Below, piece by piece: positions 8,419 through 16,955 of a stretch of 36,470 nt of DNA. This stretch comes from a virus (taxonomy: Duplodnaviria; Caudoviricetes). Where the stretch lies: positions 1 through 36,470 of IMG/VR virus record IMGVR_UViG_3300020043_001886, one strand, 5' to 3'. Numbering within the stretch: position 1 is the stretch's first letter; each line of letters opens with the position of its first letter. The notes below the pieces were generated by a model. It had not been told where the DNA came from and searched no databases. It saw only the letters and a program-made list of their open reading frames with translations. Position numbers and translations under genes: made by a program.

Positions 8419-9189
8419 ATGTCAGAAGAAGTAAGCCAAGCGGAAGTGCCCGCGCCGGAACTGGAAGCTACGGTAGCCCCAGTATCTGAAGTACAAACGC
8501 CGGAAGTAGACCAAGACCAGCAACCAGCCAAGACCTTTAGTCAGGAAGAACTGGATGCAGCCATTGGAAAACGGCTCGCAAGAGAGCAACGTAAGTGGGA
8601 AAGAGAGCAGGCTCAACGAGCGCAACCACCTGTGCAGCCAGCTACTCCCGTAGCGCCAGAACAGTTTGAATCGACCGATGCGTATGTAGAAGCACTAGCA
8701 GCGCAGAAAGCCGAGCAACTTTTGGCACAACGAGAGCAGCAAAAGCAAAGGACGGAACTCCTAGAGTCGTATCACGACAGAGAGGAAAAGGCACGGGAGA
8801 AGTATGACGACTTCGAGCAAGTCGCCTATAACCCAAACCTTCCAATTACTGATGTGATGGCTCAGTCGATTCAAGCATCTGATATTGGTCCCGAAGTGGC
8901 TTACCACTTAGGCGCTAATCCGAAAGAAGCTGAACGCATCGCCCGCCTATCGCCAATCTTGCAGGCTAAGGAAATTGGTAAATTGGAAGCTAAATTAGCC
9001 TCTGACCCGCCAGTTAAGAAAACATCTAACGCGCCAACGCCTATTAGTCCTCTCACTGCCAGAAGCTCGGGTTCGCCCGCATACGATACAACTGACCCAC
9101 GCTCTATCAAAACGATGAGCACCTCAGATTGGATCGAAGCTGAAAGAATGCGTCAGGTTAAAAAGCAGGAAGCGCTACGCAACCGCTAA
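8419..9189 (+). CDS. Capsid scaffolding protein
   Basis: Acidic disordered N-terminus, KTFSQEELDAAIGKRLAREQRKWER coiled coil, GPEVAYHLGANP...EIGKLEAKL; immediately upstream of the coat gene. Confidence 0.88.
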   Translation: MSEEVSQAEVPAPELEATVAPVSEVQTPEVDQDQQPAKTFSQEELDAAIGKRLAREQRKWEREQAQRAQPPVQPATPVAPEQFESTDAYVEALAAQKAEQLLAQREQQKQRTELLESYHDREEKAREKYDDFEQVAYNPNLPITDVMAQSIQASDIGPEVAYHLGANPKEAERIARLSPILQAKEIGKLEAKLASDPPVKKTSNAPTPISPLTARSSGSPAYDTTDPRSIKTMSTSDWIEAERMRQVKKQEALRNR

Positions 9190-9209
9190 CTTACTTTTAG
9201 GAAATTATC

Positions 9210-10412
9210 ATGGCTAATAGCCTTCTTACCATTGACATGATCACACGAAAGTCTCTTGAAATCCTTGAGAACAATCTTGTGCTCACACGCAACGTAAACC
9301 GCCAGTACGACGACTCCTTCGCTGTTGAAGGCGCCAAGATTGGCTCGACCCTCCGTATCCGCCTGCCCGATCGTGCGCTGGTAACTGACGGTGCTGCCCT
9401 GCAAGTTCAGGCTGACAACGAACAGTTCACAACGCTGACTGTGTCTAGCCAAAAGCATATCGGCGTGAACTTTACGTCTGCCGAACTTACAATGCAATTG
9501 GATGACTTCGCAGAGCGTGTCTTGAAGCCTCGCGTTTCGCAGTTGGCATCTTCGGTTGACGCCGACGTTGCGACTTCGTACAAAGGCATCTACAACACAG
9601 TCGGCTCACCAGGCACTACGCCTGCGACTTCCTTGGTTCTGTTGCAAGCTAACCAAAAGCTCAACGAATTTGCCACCCCAATGGATCAGCGCTACGCAAC
9701 GGTTAACCCCGCTGCCAACGCCGGTCTGGTTGAGGGCATGAAAGGTCTGTTTAACCCAACCGGCACTATCAGCCGCCAGTTCAAGAACGGCATGATGGGT
9801 GAAGGCATTTTGGGTCTGGACGAGATCAATATGTCTCAGTCAATCAGCAACCACACGAACGGCGATTGGGGCACTGCCATCACTGTGACGTCCACCGTCG
9901 CAACTGAAGGTCAGTCAACATTGCCAATCAGCTTTACTGGTTCGAGCAAGACATGGAACGTGGGCGACGTATTCACCATCGCTGGTGTGTTCGCTGTTAA
10001 CCCACAGACACGTCAATCAACAGGTAGCCTCCAACAGTTCACAGTGACTGCTGCGGCAACCGGTTCTTCGACAGCTACGCTGAACATCAGCCCAGCGCTG
10101 TACACGGCTGGAAACGCCTTGGCTACTGTGCTTTCATTCCCACAGGCTTCTGCTGTTGTGACGATGGTTGGTTCGGCTAACACCGGCTACCCACAAAACC
10201 TGATCTACCACAAAGATGCCATTAGCTTTGCTACGGCTGACTTGTTGTTGCCACAGGGCGTGGATATGGCAAGCCGCCAAGTCCACAACGGTATTTCGTT
10301 GCGTATCGTGCGTCAGTACGACATCAACAACGACCGTCTCCCTTGCCGTATTGACGTGCTGTATGGCTTTAACGCCATCCGTCCCGTCACTGCCGTCCGT
10401 CTCTGGGGCTAA
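9210..10412 (+). CDS. Major capsid protein, P22 coat (gp5)-like
   Basis: 400 aa; MANSLLTIDMIT...VNRQYDDSF...KIGSTLRIRLP, GDVFTIAGV (insertion domain) and CRIDVLYG; strongly biased codon usage. Confidence 0.93.
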   Translation: MANSLLTIDMITRKSLEILENNLVLTRNVNRQYDDSFAVEGAKIGSTLRIRLPDRALVTDGAALQVQADNEQFTTLTVSSQKHIGVNFTSAELTMQLDDFAERVLKPRVSQLASSVDADVATSYKGIYNTVGSPGTTPATSLVLLQANQKLNEFATPMDQRYATVNPAANAGLVEGMKGLFNPTGTISRQFKNGMMGEGILGLDEINMSQSISNHTNGDWGTAITVTSTVATEGQSTLPISFTGSSKTWNVGDVFTIAGVFAVNPQTRQSTGSLQQFTVTAAATGSSTATLNISPALYTAGNALATVLSFPQASAVVTMVGSANTGYPQNLIYHKDAISFATADLLLPQGVDMASRQVHNGISLRIVRQYDINNDRLPCRIDVLYGFNAIRPVTAVRLWG

Positions 10413-10417
10413 ATCAG

Positions 10418-10435
10418 TGGGGGCTTCGGCCCCCA
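10418..10435 (+). terminator. Hairpin after the capsid gene (weak terminator or mRNA stabiliser)
   Basis: TGGGGGC-TTCG-GCCCCCA with a UUCG tetraloop and a weak U tract. Confidence 0.65.
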
Positions 10436-10463
10436 TTCGTAACTTATTTAAAGGAAATTTATC

Positions 10464-10859
10464 ATGGCACTTTCTAATGGCACAGGCGGTTATCAAGTTG
10501 GCGCAGGCGCAACTGACGAAGCAATTATGTTCGTTCAGGGCGCGCCTACTGCATTGGCTGCCGCAGCAACCGCAACGGCTGCACAACTCCAAAATGGTCT
10601 GTTTACTTTTGACGGCACCGCTGGCAACCTTACATTGCCAACAGTTGCTGATTTAGAAGCAGGTATGCCTAGCGCACAAAAAGTCAATTCTGCATTTGAC
10701 TTCTTTGTTGTCAATACCGACGCAGCCGACGCCGTCACTTTGGCTGTTGGCACTGGTTGGTCTATTGTTGGTGTGGCGGCTGTAGCTGCTGTAACTTCAG
10801 CTCATTTCCGCGCCCGCAAGACCGGCGACGGTTCGTGGACTGCATATCGCATTAGCTAA
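10464..10859 (+). CDS. Putative capsid decoration/cement protein
   Basis: 131-aa Ala/Thr-rich beta protein directly after the coat gene, with an AAGGA RBS and an LTLPT motif. Confidence 0.65.
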   Translation: MALSNGTGGYQVGAGATDEAIMFVQGAPTALAAAATATAAQLQNGLFTFDGTAGNLTLPTVADLEAGMPSAQKVNSAFDFFVVNTDAADAVTLAVGTGWSIVGVAAVAAVTSAHFRARKTGDGSWTAYRIS

Positions 10860-10862
10860 ATT

Positions 10863-10889
10863 AAAGAGGGCGCTCCGGCGCCTTCTTTT
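10863..10889 (+). terminator. Intrinsic terminator-like hairpin
   Basis: AAAGAGGGCGC-TCCG-GCGCCTTCTTT(T). Confidence 0.7.
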
Positions 10890-10903
10890 AACAAGGAAAT
10901 ATT

Positions 10904-11206
10904 ATGCCTAATACAAAACCTATTGGCGTAGCTTTTGCAGATCCAGAGCTTGTTGCTGGCACTACAATTGCAGGCGCTGTTATTACTGGTTCTACAGTTA
11001 GTGGTACGTTTACTTCGACTGCAACAACTGATGCTGTTGTGGCTAACGCTACTGCTGGTTTGTACTTTTTGAGTACTGCTATCACAGCCAACTCAACTAC
11101 CACGGCAGCCCCAAAAGGGTCAATTGGTACGACTTCAAATGCAACTGGTGCAGGAAAGATGTTTATTTCTGATGGCACTAAGTGGCAATTTGCTGCTATT
11201 ACTTAA
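10904..11206 (+). CDS. Small virion protein (short fibre/decoration-like)
   Basis: MPNTKPIGVAFADP..., Thr/Ala-rich shaft, C-terminal APKGS...GKMFISDGTKWQ; AAGGA RBS. Confidence 0.7.
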   Translation: MPNTKPIGVAFADPELVAGTTIAGAVITGSTVSGTFTSTATTDAVVANATAGLYFLSTAITANSTTTAAPKGSIGTTSNATGAGKMFISDGTKWQFAAIT

Positions 11207-11210
11207 TAGG

Positions 11211-11234
11211 GCGGGGGCTATAAACCCCCGTTTC
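11211..11234 (+). terminator. Terminator-like hairpin
   Basis: CGGGGG-ctataaa-CCCCCG followed by TTTC. Confidence 0.55.
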
Positions 11235-11239
11235 AACTT

Positions 11240-11410
11240 ATGATTATTTATCTACAACACCCCCAGCACGGTCAAAAGGTCGCCACTTCCGATATGGAAG
11301 CCGAATATGATGAAACAAATGGCTGGGTGCGGTACAATCCCGATACGCCTGAAGTTGAAGTAGCGGAGCCAGTTAATACGCTAAAACGTCGTCGTAAAAC
11401 TACGGAGTAA
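11240..11410 (+). CDS. Small hypothetical protein, 56 aa (not in the ORF track)
   Basis: MIIYLQHPQHGQKVATSDMEAEYDETNGWVRYNPDTPEVEVAEPVNTLKRRRKTTE. Fills the gap exactly and supplies the GGAG RBS of the next gene. Confidence 0.78.
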   Translation: MIIYLQHPQHGQKVATSDMEAEYDETNGWVRYNPDTPEVEVAEPVNTLKRRRKTTE

Positions 11411-11412
11411 AC

Positions 11413-12126
11413 ATGGCCACAACAGCCAATGACCAGATCAACGGCGCTTTGCGCTTACTCGGCGTGTTGGCTGAAGGTGAAACTCCGTCAGCAGCGACAT
11501 CGCAAGACGCCCTTGTTGCGCTGAATCAAATGATCGACAGTTGGAATACTGAGCGTTTAGCTGTATTCTCGACCCAAGACCAAGTGTTTAGCTGGCCTCC
11601 AGGCTTCTACGAACGCACACTGGGACCCACAGGTAACTTTGTGGGCAACCGCCCGATCTTGGTCGAAGACTCCACATACTTTAAAGACCCTGCGTCTGGT
11701 ATCTCCTACGGTCTTAAACTGATCAATCAGCAGCAATACAACGGTATTGCGGTTAAGACCGTGACCTCGACCTACCCGCAGGTCATGTGGGTCAACATGA
11801 CTTACCCAGACATTACAATGACGATCTATCCAGTGCCTACCAAGGTGCTGGAGTTCCACATTGTGTCGGTGGAAGAGCTAACAAACCCTGCTAACTTATC
11901 AACAAACCTAGCGTTCCCCCCAGGCTATCTGCGGGCGTTTCGCTACTGCTTGGCGTGTGAGTTAGCCCCTGAGTTTGGTGTTGAGCCATCGCCCACAGTC
12001 ATGCGGGTTGCAATGACCTCTAAGCGTAACTTGAAGCGCATCAACAACCCAGATGACATTATGTCAATTCCTTATTCGATTGTTGGCACTCGTCAGCGCT
12101 TTAACATCTTTGCGGGTAATTTCTAG
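11413..12126 (+). CDS. Head-to-tail adaptor, P22 gp4-like
   Basis: INGALRLLGV...GETPS...ALVALNQMIDSW and PPGYLRAFRYCLACELAPEFG match the gp4 helical pattern and position. Confidence 0.82.
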   Translation: MATTANDQINGALRLLGVLAEGETPSAATSQDALVALNQMIDSWNTERLAVFSTQDQVFSWPPGFYERTLGPTGNFVGNRPILVEDSTYFKDPASGISYGLKLINQQQYNGIAVKTVTSTYPQVMWVNMTYPDITMTIYPVPTKVLEFHIVSVEELTNPANLSTNLAFPPGYLRAFRYCLACELAPEFGVEPSPTVMRVAMTSKRNLKRINNPDDIMSIPYSIVGTRQRFNIFAGNF

Positions 12127-12134
12127 GATTAATT

Positions 12135-12809
12135 ATGGCAAACGTAACCATACCCCAATTACCAGCAGCCACCACTTCGGCTGGAACTGACCTATTGCCT
12201 GTAGAGCAAAGCGGCGTTACTAAACAAATGAGCAATGCAATTTTGTTTACTAATGCTACGTTAACTACACCTATTCTTGGAACACCCCAATCAGGAACAT
12301 TAACAAGCTGTACGGGTCTACCCGTATCTACAGGCATTAGTGGTCTTGGCACAGGCGTAGCTACATTTTTAACTACACCGTCATCAGCTAATTTAGCAAC
12401 CGCTGTAACTGGCGAAACCGGCTCAGGTGCATTAGTTTTTGCAACTAGCCCGACTTTGGTAACACCTGTGTTGGGTGTGGCTACGGCTACTTCAGTTGCA
12501 ACTGGACCTATATTTGGGACAATTCAATCTTTATCAGGTCCTGGTGCTGTAAATATTACCACTTTGACTACTGCGTTTACTTCTACAGGTACAGGCGATG
12601 CACTGACGCTTGCAGATGGCGCACAAGGCCAACTCAAGACAATTATCTACGTTGCAGAAGCTGCTGGTGGTGATACTGGTGTTTTGACGCCAACCAACCT
12701 TGGCAGCGCAACTACTATTACGTTTAATGACGTTGGTGACTCGGTGATTCTCCAGTTTGCTGGTACTGATTGGTGGGTTGTTGGATTCCGTGGTGCTGTG
12801 GTTGCTTAA
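12135..12809 (+). CDS. Short tail fibre-like protein
   Basis: N-terminal TIPQLPAAT...DLLPVEQSGVTKQ anchor motif, TLTTPILG/TLVTPVLG shaft repeats and a C-terminal beta-sandwich ending SVILQFAGTDWWVVG. Confidence 0.72.
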   Translation: MANVTIPQLPAATTSAGTDLLPVEQSGVTKQMSNAILFTNATLTTPILGTPQSGTLTSCTGLPVSTGISGLGTGVATFLTTPSSANLATAVTGETGSGALVFATSPTLVTPVLGVATATSVATGPIFGTIQSLSGPGAVNITTLTTAFTSTGTGDALTLADGAQGQLKTIIYVAEAAGGDTGVLTPTNLGSATTITFNDVGDSVILQFAGTDWWVVGFRGAVVA

Positions 12810-12812
12810 CGT

Positions 12813-14351
12813 ATGAAAACACCAATCTTAGGATCGGCGTATGTAGCCCGCAGCGTTAATGCGGCGGATAACCGCATGGTTAACCTGTTCCCAGAAGTCA
12901 TCCCAGAGGGTGGCAAAGAGCCAGCGTTTCTGAACCGTGCGCCTGGGCTAAAGTTCTTAGCCACAATAGGCAACGGCCCCGTGCGTGGGCTGTGGGTTCT
13001 AAAGGCTGACCCAACACGCGCTTTTGTCGTGTCGGGCAATCAATTCTTTGAGATCAATAGCAGCTACACCGCAACTCTGCGTGGTACCGTAGGTGGTACG
13101 GGTCCAGTGTCAATGGTCGATAACGGCACTCAGATTTTTATTGCCACAAACCCTAATGGCTATATCTTTAACACGTCTACAAACGTGTTTGCTCAGATTA
13201 CTGACCCAGACTTCCCTGGTGCTGTGACGGTAGCGTACCTTGATGGCTACTTTATCTTTAACCCGCCTAACTCGCAAAGGTTTTATTTAACCGCGCTGTT
13301 AGATGGCACCTCGGTTGATCCGCTAGACTTTGCAAGTGCTGAAGGCTCGTCTGACGGGCTTGTCGCACTCATTGTCGATCACCGCGAACTGTGGCTCTTT
13401 GGTACAGATTCAATTGAGGTCTGGTATGACGCGGGTCTGTCTGACTTCCCCTTTGTACGCATTCAGGGCGCGTTTAACGAGCTAGGATGCGCTGCCCCAT
13501 ACTCTGTTGCCAAGTTGGACAACGGGCTGTTCTGGCTCGGTTCTGACGCCCGTGGTAAGGGTATCGTATACCGTGCTGAGGGCTATACCGGAAAGCGCAT
13601 GAGTACCCACGCTGTTGAATGGCAGATCCAGCAGTACGGCGACATCTCGGATGCCATTGGCTACACCTATCAGCAAGACGGTCACGCTTTCTACGTCCTG
13701 ATCTTCCCAAGCGCAAATGCAACTTGGGTGTTTGATGTGGCGACTCAAGCGTGGCATGAGCGCGCAGGATTTGAAAACGGTGATTTTACCCGCCATCGTT
13801 CCAACTGCCAAATGGCGTACAACAATGAAGTCATAGTAGGTGACTACCAGAACGGTAACATCTACTCTTTTGATCTGGATGTGTACGCTGACAATGGTCA
13901 AATCCAGAAGTGGCTACGCTCATGGCGCGCGCTGCCTACGGGTCAGAATAACCTGAAACGCACAACACAGCACTCAATGCAGTTAGATTGCGAGTCGGGT
14001 GTAGGTTTAAATGGTATTGATCAAACTGAAGGTGTTAAGTGGTTTTTTTACACTTCTAGTGGAGATCAACTTGTAACCACTAGCGGTGATTTGCTAATGT
14101 TTTCGCCGCCCTTTGTACAGGGCGCTAATCCACAAGCTATGCTGCGCTGGTCAGATGATGGTGGTCACACATACTCTAACGAGCATTGGAAGTCTCTTGG
14201 CAGAATCGGCGTATTCCAACGTCGTGTGATCTGGCGCAGGCTCGGCATGACTGTGAAGTTGCGGGATCGGGTGTACGAGGTGTCAGGTACTGATCCGGTC
14301 AAGATTGCTATTGTCGGCGCTGAACTAATACTGAGTCCTACAAATGCCTGA
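12813..14351 (+). CDS. Tail hub / DNA stabilisation protein, P22 gp10-like
   Basis: 512 aa beta-propeller-like; VAYLDGYFIF, DFASAEGSSD, SIEVWYDAG, YQQDGHAFYVL, TWVFDVATQAWHER, LRWSDDGGHTYS and IWRRLG. Confidence 0.9.
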   Translation: MKTPILGSAYVARSVNAADNRMVNLFPEVIPEGGKEPAFLNRAPGLKFLATIGNGPVRGLWVLKADPTRAFVVSGNQFFEINSSYTATLRGTVGGTGPVSMVDNGTQIFIATNPNGYIFNTSTNVFAQITDPDFPGAVTVAYLDGYFIFNPPNSQRFYLTALLDGTSVDPLDFASAEGSSDGLVALIVDHRELWLFGTDSIEVWYDAGLSDFPFVRIQGAFNELGCAAPYSVAKLDNGLFWLGSDARGKGIVYRAEGYTGKRMSTHAVEWQIQQYGDISDAIGYTYQQDGHAFYVLIFPSANATWVFDVATQAWHERAGFENGDFTRHRSNCQMAYNNEVIVGDYQNGNIYSFDLDVYADNGQIQKWLRSWRALPTGQNNLKRTTQHSMQLDCESGVGLNGIDQTEGVKWFFYTSSGDQLVTTSGDLLMFSPPFVQGANPQAMLRWSDDGGHTYSNEHWKSLGRIGVFQRRVIWRRLGMTVKLRDRVYEVSGTDPVKIAIVGAELILSPTNA

Positions 14352-15189
14352 TATTACCCAAATCATGCCCCCGAGGGTGCCGCTTGTAGATCAGCGCACG
14401 GGGCTAATTTCGCGGGAATGGTATCGGTTCTTTTTTAATCAATTTGAGAAAGTAGGTAGCAGCGCTGCGTCTTTAGAAGATTTGCAACTTGGACCAGTTG
14501 AAACAGACTCTTTTGCTTTTGAAATAGCCAAAAACATTACGCAGTTTGCCATTGAACCGGCACAAGATGGCGTTGTTGATCAGATTGCAGAGATGCAAAA
14601 GCAGATCCAAGCGGCAGAACTTAGTTCTGAGGGCGCTCTCATGGCGCTACAGGCGCAGTTAGCCAACTTATTTGCCGACGTGCAAGGGTTAGCGCTATCG
14701 CCTCCTGTGACGCCTCAGTTAAAACGGGCACGGTACGGGTCGTTTTACGACACCACCACGCAGACAGGTACGACCATTAACACGGCTAAAGCCATTACGT
14801 TTAACACGACTGATCTTAGCAACGGGGTGTACCTTGGTACGCCGACCTCACGGGTATACGTCGATACGCCAGGAATTTACAACTACGATCTGTCGTTTCA
14901 GCTAGATAAGACTAGCGGCGGCGTAGGTAACTTTTACATTTGGTTTAGGCTTAACGGCGTGGATGTTGCCAACAGCGCTAGTTATATACAGATTCAAGGC
15001 AATAACGCTGAGATATTTTCCTCGTTAAATTACTTTTTTGATTTAAACGCAGGGGATTATGTTGAAATAATATTTTCGGTTTCGGATCTTAGTGTTGAAC
15101 TTGCGGCGTTTGCTGCTGCTGCACCTGTCCCAGCCATACCCTCTATCATTCTGACCGTTGCAAATAATATCGAAGGAGCATCAACATGA
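14344..15189 (+). CDS. Tail needle-like protein (gp26 position) with C-terminal C1q/TNF-like knob
   Basis: N-terminal PPRVPLVD...SREWYRFF, central heptad coiled coil, C-terminal AITFNTTD...PGIYNYDLSFQL...LNAGDYVEI typical of gC1q/BclA-like domains. Confidence 0.68.
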   Translation: MPDITQIMPPRVPLVDQRTGLISREWYRFFFNQFEKVGSSAASLEDLQLGPVETDSFAFEIAKNITQFAIEPAQDGVVDQIAEMQKQIQAAELSSEGALMALQAQLANLFADVQGLALSPPVTPQLKRARYGSFYDTTTQTGTTINTAKAITFNTTDLSNGVYLGTPTSRVYVDTPGIYNYDLSFQLDKTSGGVGNFYIWFRLNGVDVANSASYIQIQGNNAEIFSSLNYFFDLNAGDYVEIIFSVSDLSVELAAFAAAAPVPAIPSIILTVANNIEGAST

Positions 15190-15521
15190 CCGTAACCGTA
15201 AAGGTACTTGTACCGGCAAAGATTGCTGAAAACGCCCAGACAACGCAATATACCGCAACTGGTGTAACTGCGCTGATTGACAAGTTTACCGCAACCAACT
15301 ATAGCGGTTCGGCTGCCACCATCAGTGTGAACTTGGTAACTGCGGCGGGATCAGCCGGTAACGACAACTTGATTGTCAAGACCAAGACCTTGCAGCCATC
15401 CGAGACGTATACGTTTCCTGAGTTGGTAGGGGCAGCGATTATGCCCAGTGGGTTCATCTCGACCTTGGCAGGAACGGCTTCTGCGGTTAACATTCGTGTG
15501 TCGGGTCGAGAGATTACATAA
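15186..15521 (+). CDS. Small beta-sandwich tail protein
   Basis: 111 aa, coupled to the previous gene (ATGA overlap), GGAG RBS, ends VSGREIT. Confidence 0.7.
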   Translation: MTVTVKVLVPAKIAENAQTTQYTATGVTALIDKFTATNYSGSAATISVNLVTAAGSAGNDNLIVKTKTLQPSETYTFPELVGAAIMPSGFISTLAGTASAVNIRVSGREIT

Positions 15522-15970
15522 TGAGTCATTTAGAGTCTTTGCGCAGCGCATTTGAGACTACGCTACAACTGCCTGCTGTAGCGGGTGAGTGGCTGTTGAT
15601 GCTGTACGAGACAATTCAATTGCTAGATGATTGCGCTGATGGCGATAAGATTCAACGATCTGACTTGGATTCTGTTATTTGGGTTTCTTTGGTAGCTATG
15701 CCGTCCAATGCGTTTTATTTGGCAAACCAGAAAGAATTAGCGTCTGCTGTGGCGAATATGATTTTAAAATGGCAAGCGTCCGATAAAGTAGAACGCGCAG
15801 GCAAACATGACGAAGTGTCTTTTGTTTGGCGTGCTGGGTACTACGATGTTGTATTAACTGTTGTTCGGTTATGCCACGGAGTAGCAGTTGCGCACCAATG
15901 CGCTGCCGATGTCATGCGATTGTACGGCGAAAAATACAGCGATTATGTAAAGGAGTTTGATAATGCCTGA
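15521..15970 (+). CDS. Helical DDxxD-motif protein, possible isoprenoid synthase / prenyltransferase fold
   Basis: 149 aa, apparently all-alpha; IQLLDDCADGD at residues 32-42; coupled to both neighbours. The gene is well supported; the function is inferred. Confidence 0.6.
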   Translation: MSHLESLRSAFETTLQLPAVAGEWLLMLYETIQLLDDCADGDKIQRSDLDSVIWVSLVAMPSNAFYLANQKELASAVANMILKWQASDKVERAGKHDEVSFVWRAGYYDVVLTVVRLCHGVAVAHQCAADVMRLYGEKYSDYVKEFDNA

Positions 15971-16946
15971 TCCAATTAGCGGCATGGCAGCAGCTAGTGT
16001 TGTAGGTTCCGTTGTTAGCGCCGGCGCTGCGGGAAAAGCTGCGGACACACAAGCTGACGCAACAGAACGCGCTGCTCAACTGCAAAACGAACAGTTTTTA
16101 AGAAGCATTGAACTGCAAGAACCGTTTCGCCAAGCGGGATTGCAAGGTCAAAATAGACTGCTGACTTATCTTGGTATTGGCGGTACACCGCAATACGACG
16201 ACACCGCGTATAACAGAGCGCTTGCTGACTATAACGCAAGTCTTTCTAGACTTGATCCGTCGCAGTTTACAACGGGCGGTGGTGGTGGTGGCTATTACAC
16301 TAGTGGCAGCGGCGAGTCTGATCAAATCCCAGTTTACCAAGAAGGAACTGGCGGCACGTTTGACCAAGCGGGTTACGACACAGCGCGGGCGGGGATTGTT
16401 GCCCCTGATCGTGAGAAGTTTAGACTTACTAGTGGTGATGTTAATGACCCTAACTTTGGTAAATACGCAACGGCTGAGTACACGCCTGAGATGTTTGCCA
16501 AGGGTATAGACCCAGGCTATCAGTTCCGCCTTAAAGAAGGTATGCAAGGTCTTGAGCGCAGCGCTGCCGCCCGTGGTGGTTTGCTATCCGGTGGTACGCT
16601 CAAAGGCATCCAGCGCTACGGTCAAGACATGGCGTCGCAAGAATATCAAAACGCTTTTAATCGTTACCAAGCCGAGCGCACAGGCACACTAAACCCATAC
16701 CAATCATTAGCGGGTGTCGGTCAATCTACGGCTAACACGCTTGGTACTATGGGTATGAACTACGCTAACCAAGTAGGCGAGTTATATCAAGGCGGCGCTA
16801 ACGCAAGGGCTTCTGGTTATGTTGGTGGTGCTAATGCGCTTAATCAAGGCATCAGTGGCGTATCTAATATGTATTTCCAAAATCAATTGCTTAATCGCTT
16901 GCCGGTTAGCTCTGGATCAACAGCCGGTGGCTGGACTTCAGCGTAA
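15963..16946 (+). CDS. Ejection (DNA transfer) protein 1, P22 gp7-like
   Basis: AAGGAG RBS before ATG 15963; hydrophobic Ala/Gly-rich N-terminus (MPDPISGMAAASVVG...); DPGYQFRL...SAAARGGLLSG motif. Confidence 0.82.
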   Translation: MPDPISGMAAASVVGSVVSAGAAGKAADTQADATERAAQLQNEQFLRSIELQEPFRQAGLQGQNRLLTYLGIGGTPQYDDTAYNRALADYNASLSRLDPSQFTTGGGGGGYYTSGSGESDQIPVYQEGTGGTFDQAGYDTARAGIVAPDREKFRLTSGDVNDPNFGKYATAEYTPEMFAKGIDPGYQFRLKEGMQGLERSAAARGGLLSGGTLKGIQRYGQDMASQEYQNAFNRYQAERTGTLNPYQSLAGVGQSTANTLGTMGMNYANQVGELYQGGANARASGYVGGANALNQGISGVSNMYFQNQLLNRLPVSSGSTAGGWTSA

Positions 16947-16955
16947 GGATAAGAT

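Noticed and set aside
10400-10470. Capsid stop read-through or frameshift into the downstream gene
   Set aside because: A second in-frame TAA follows within ten codons, there is no clear slippery site, and the next gene has its own RBS.
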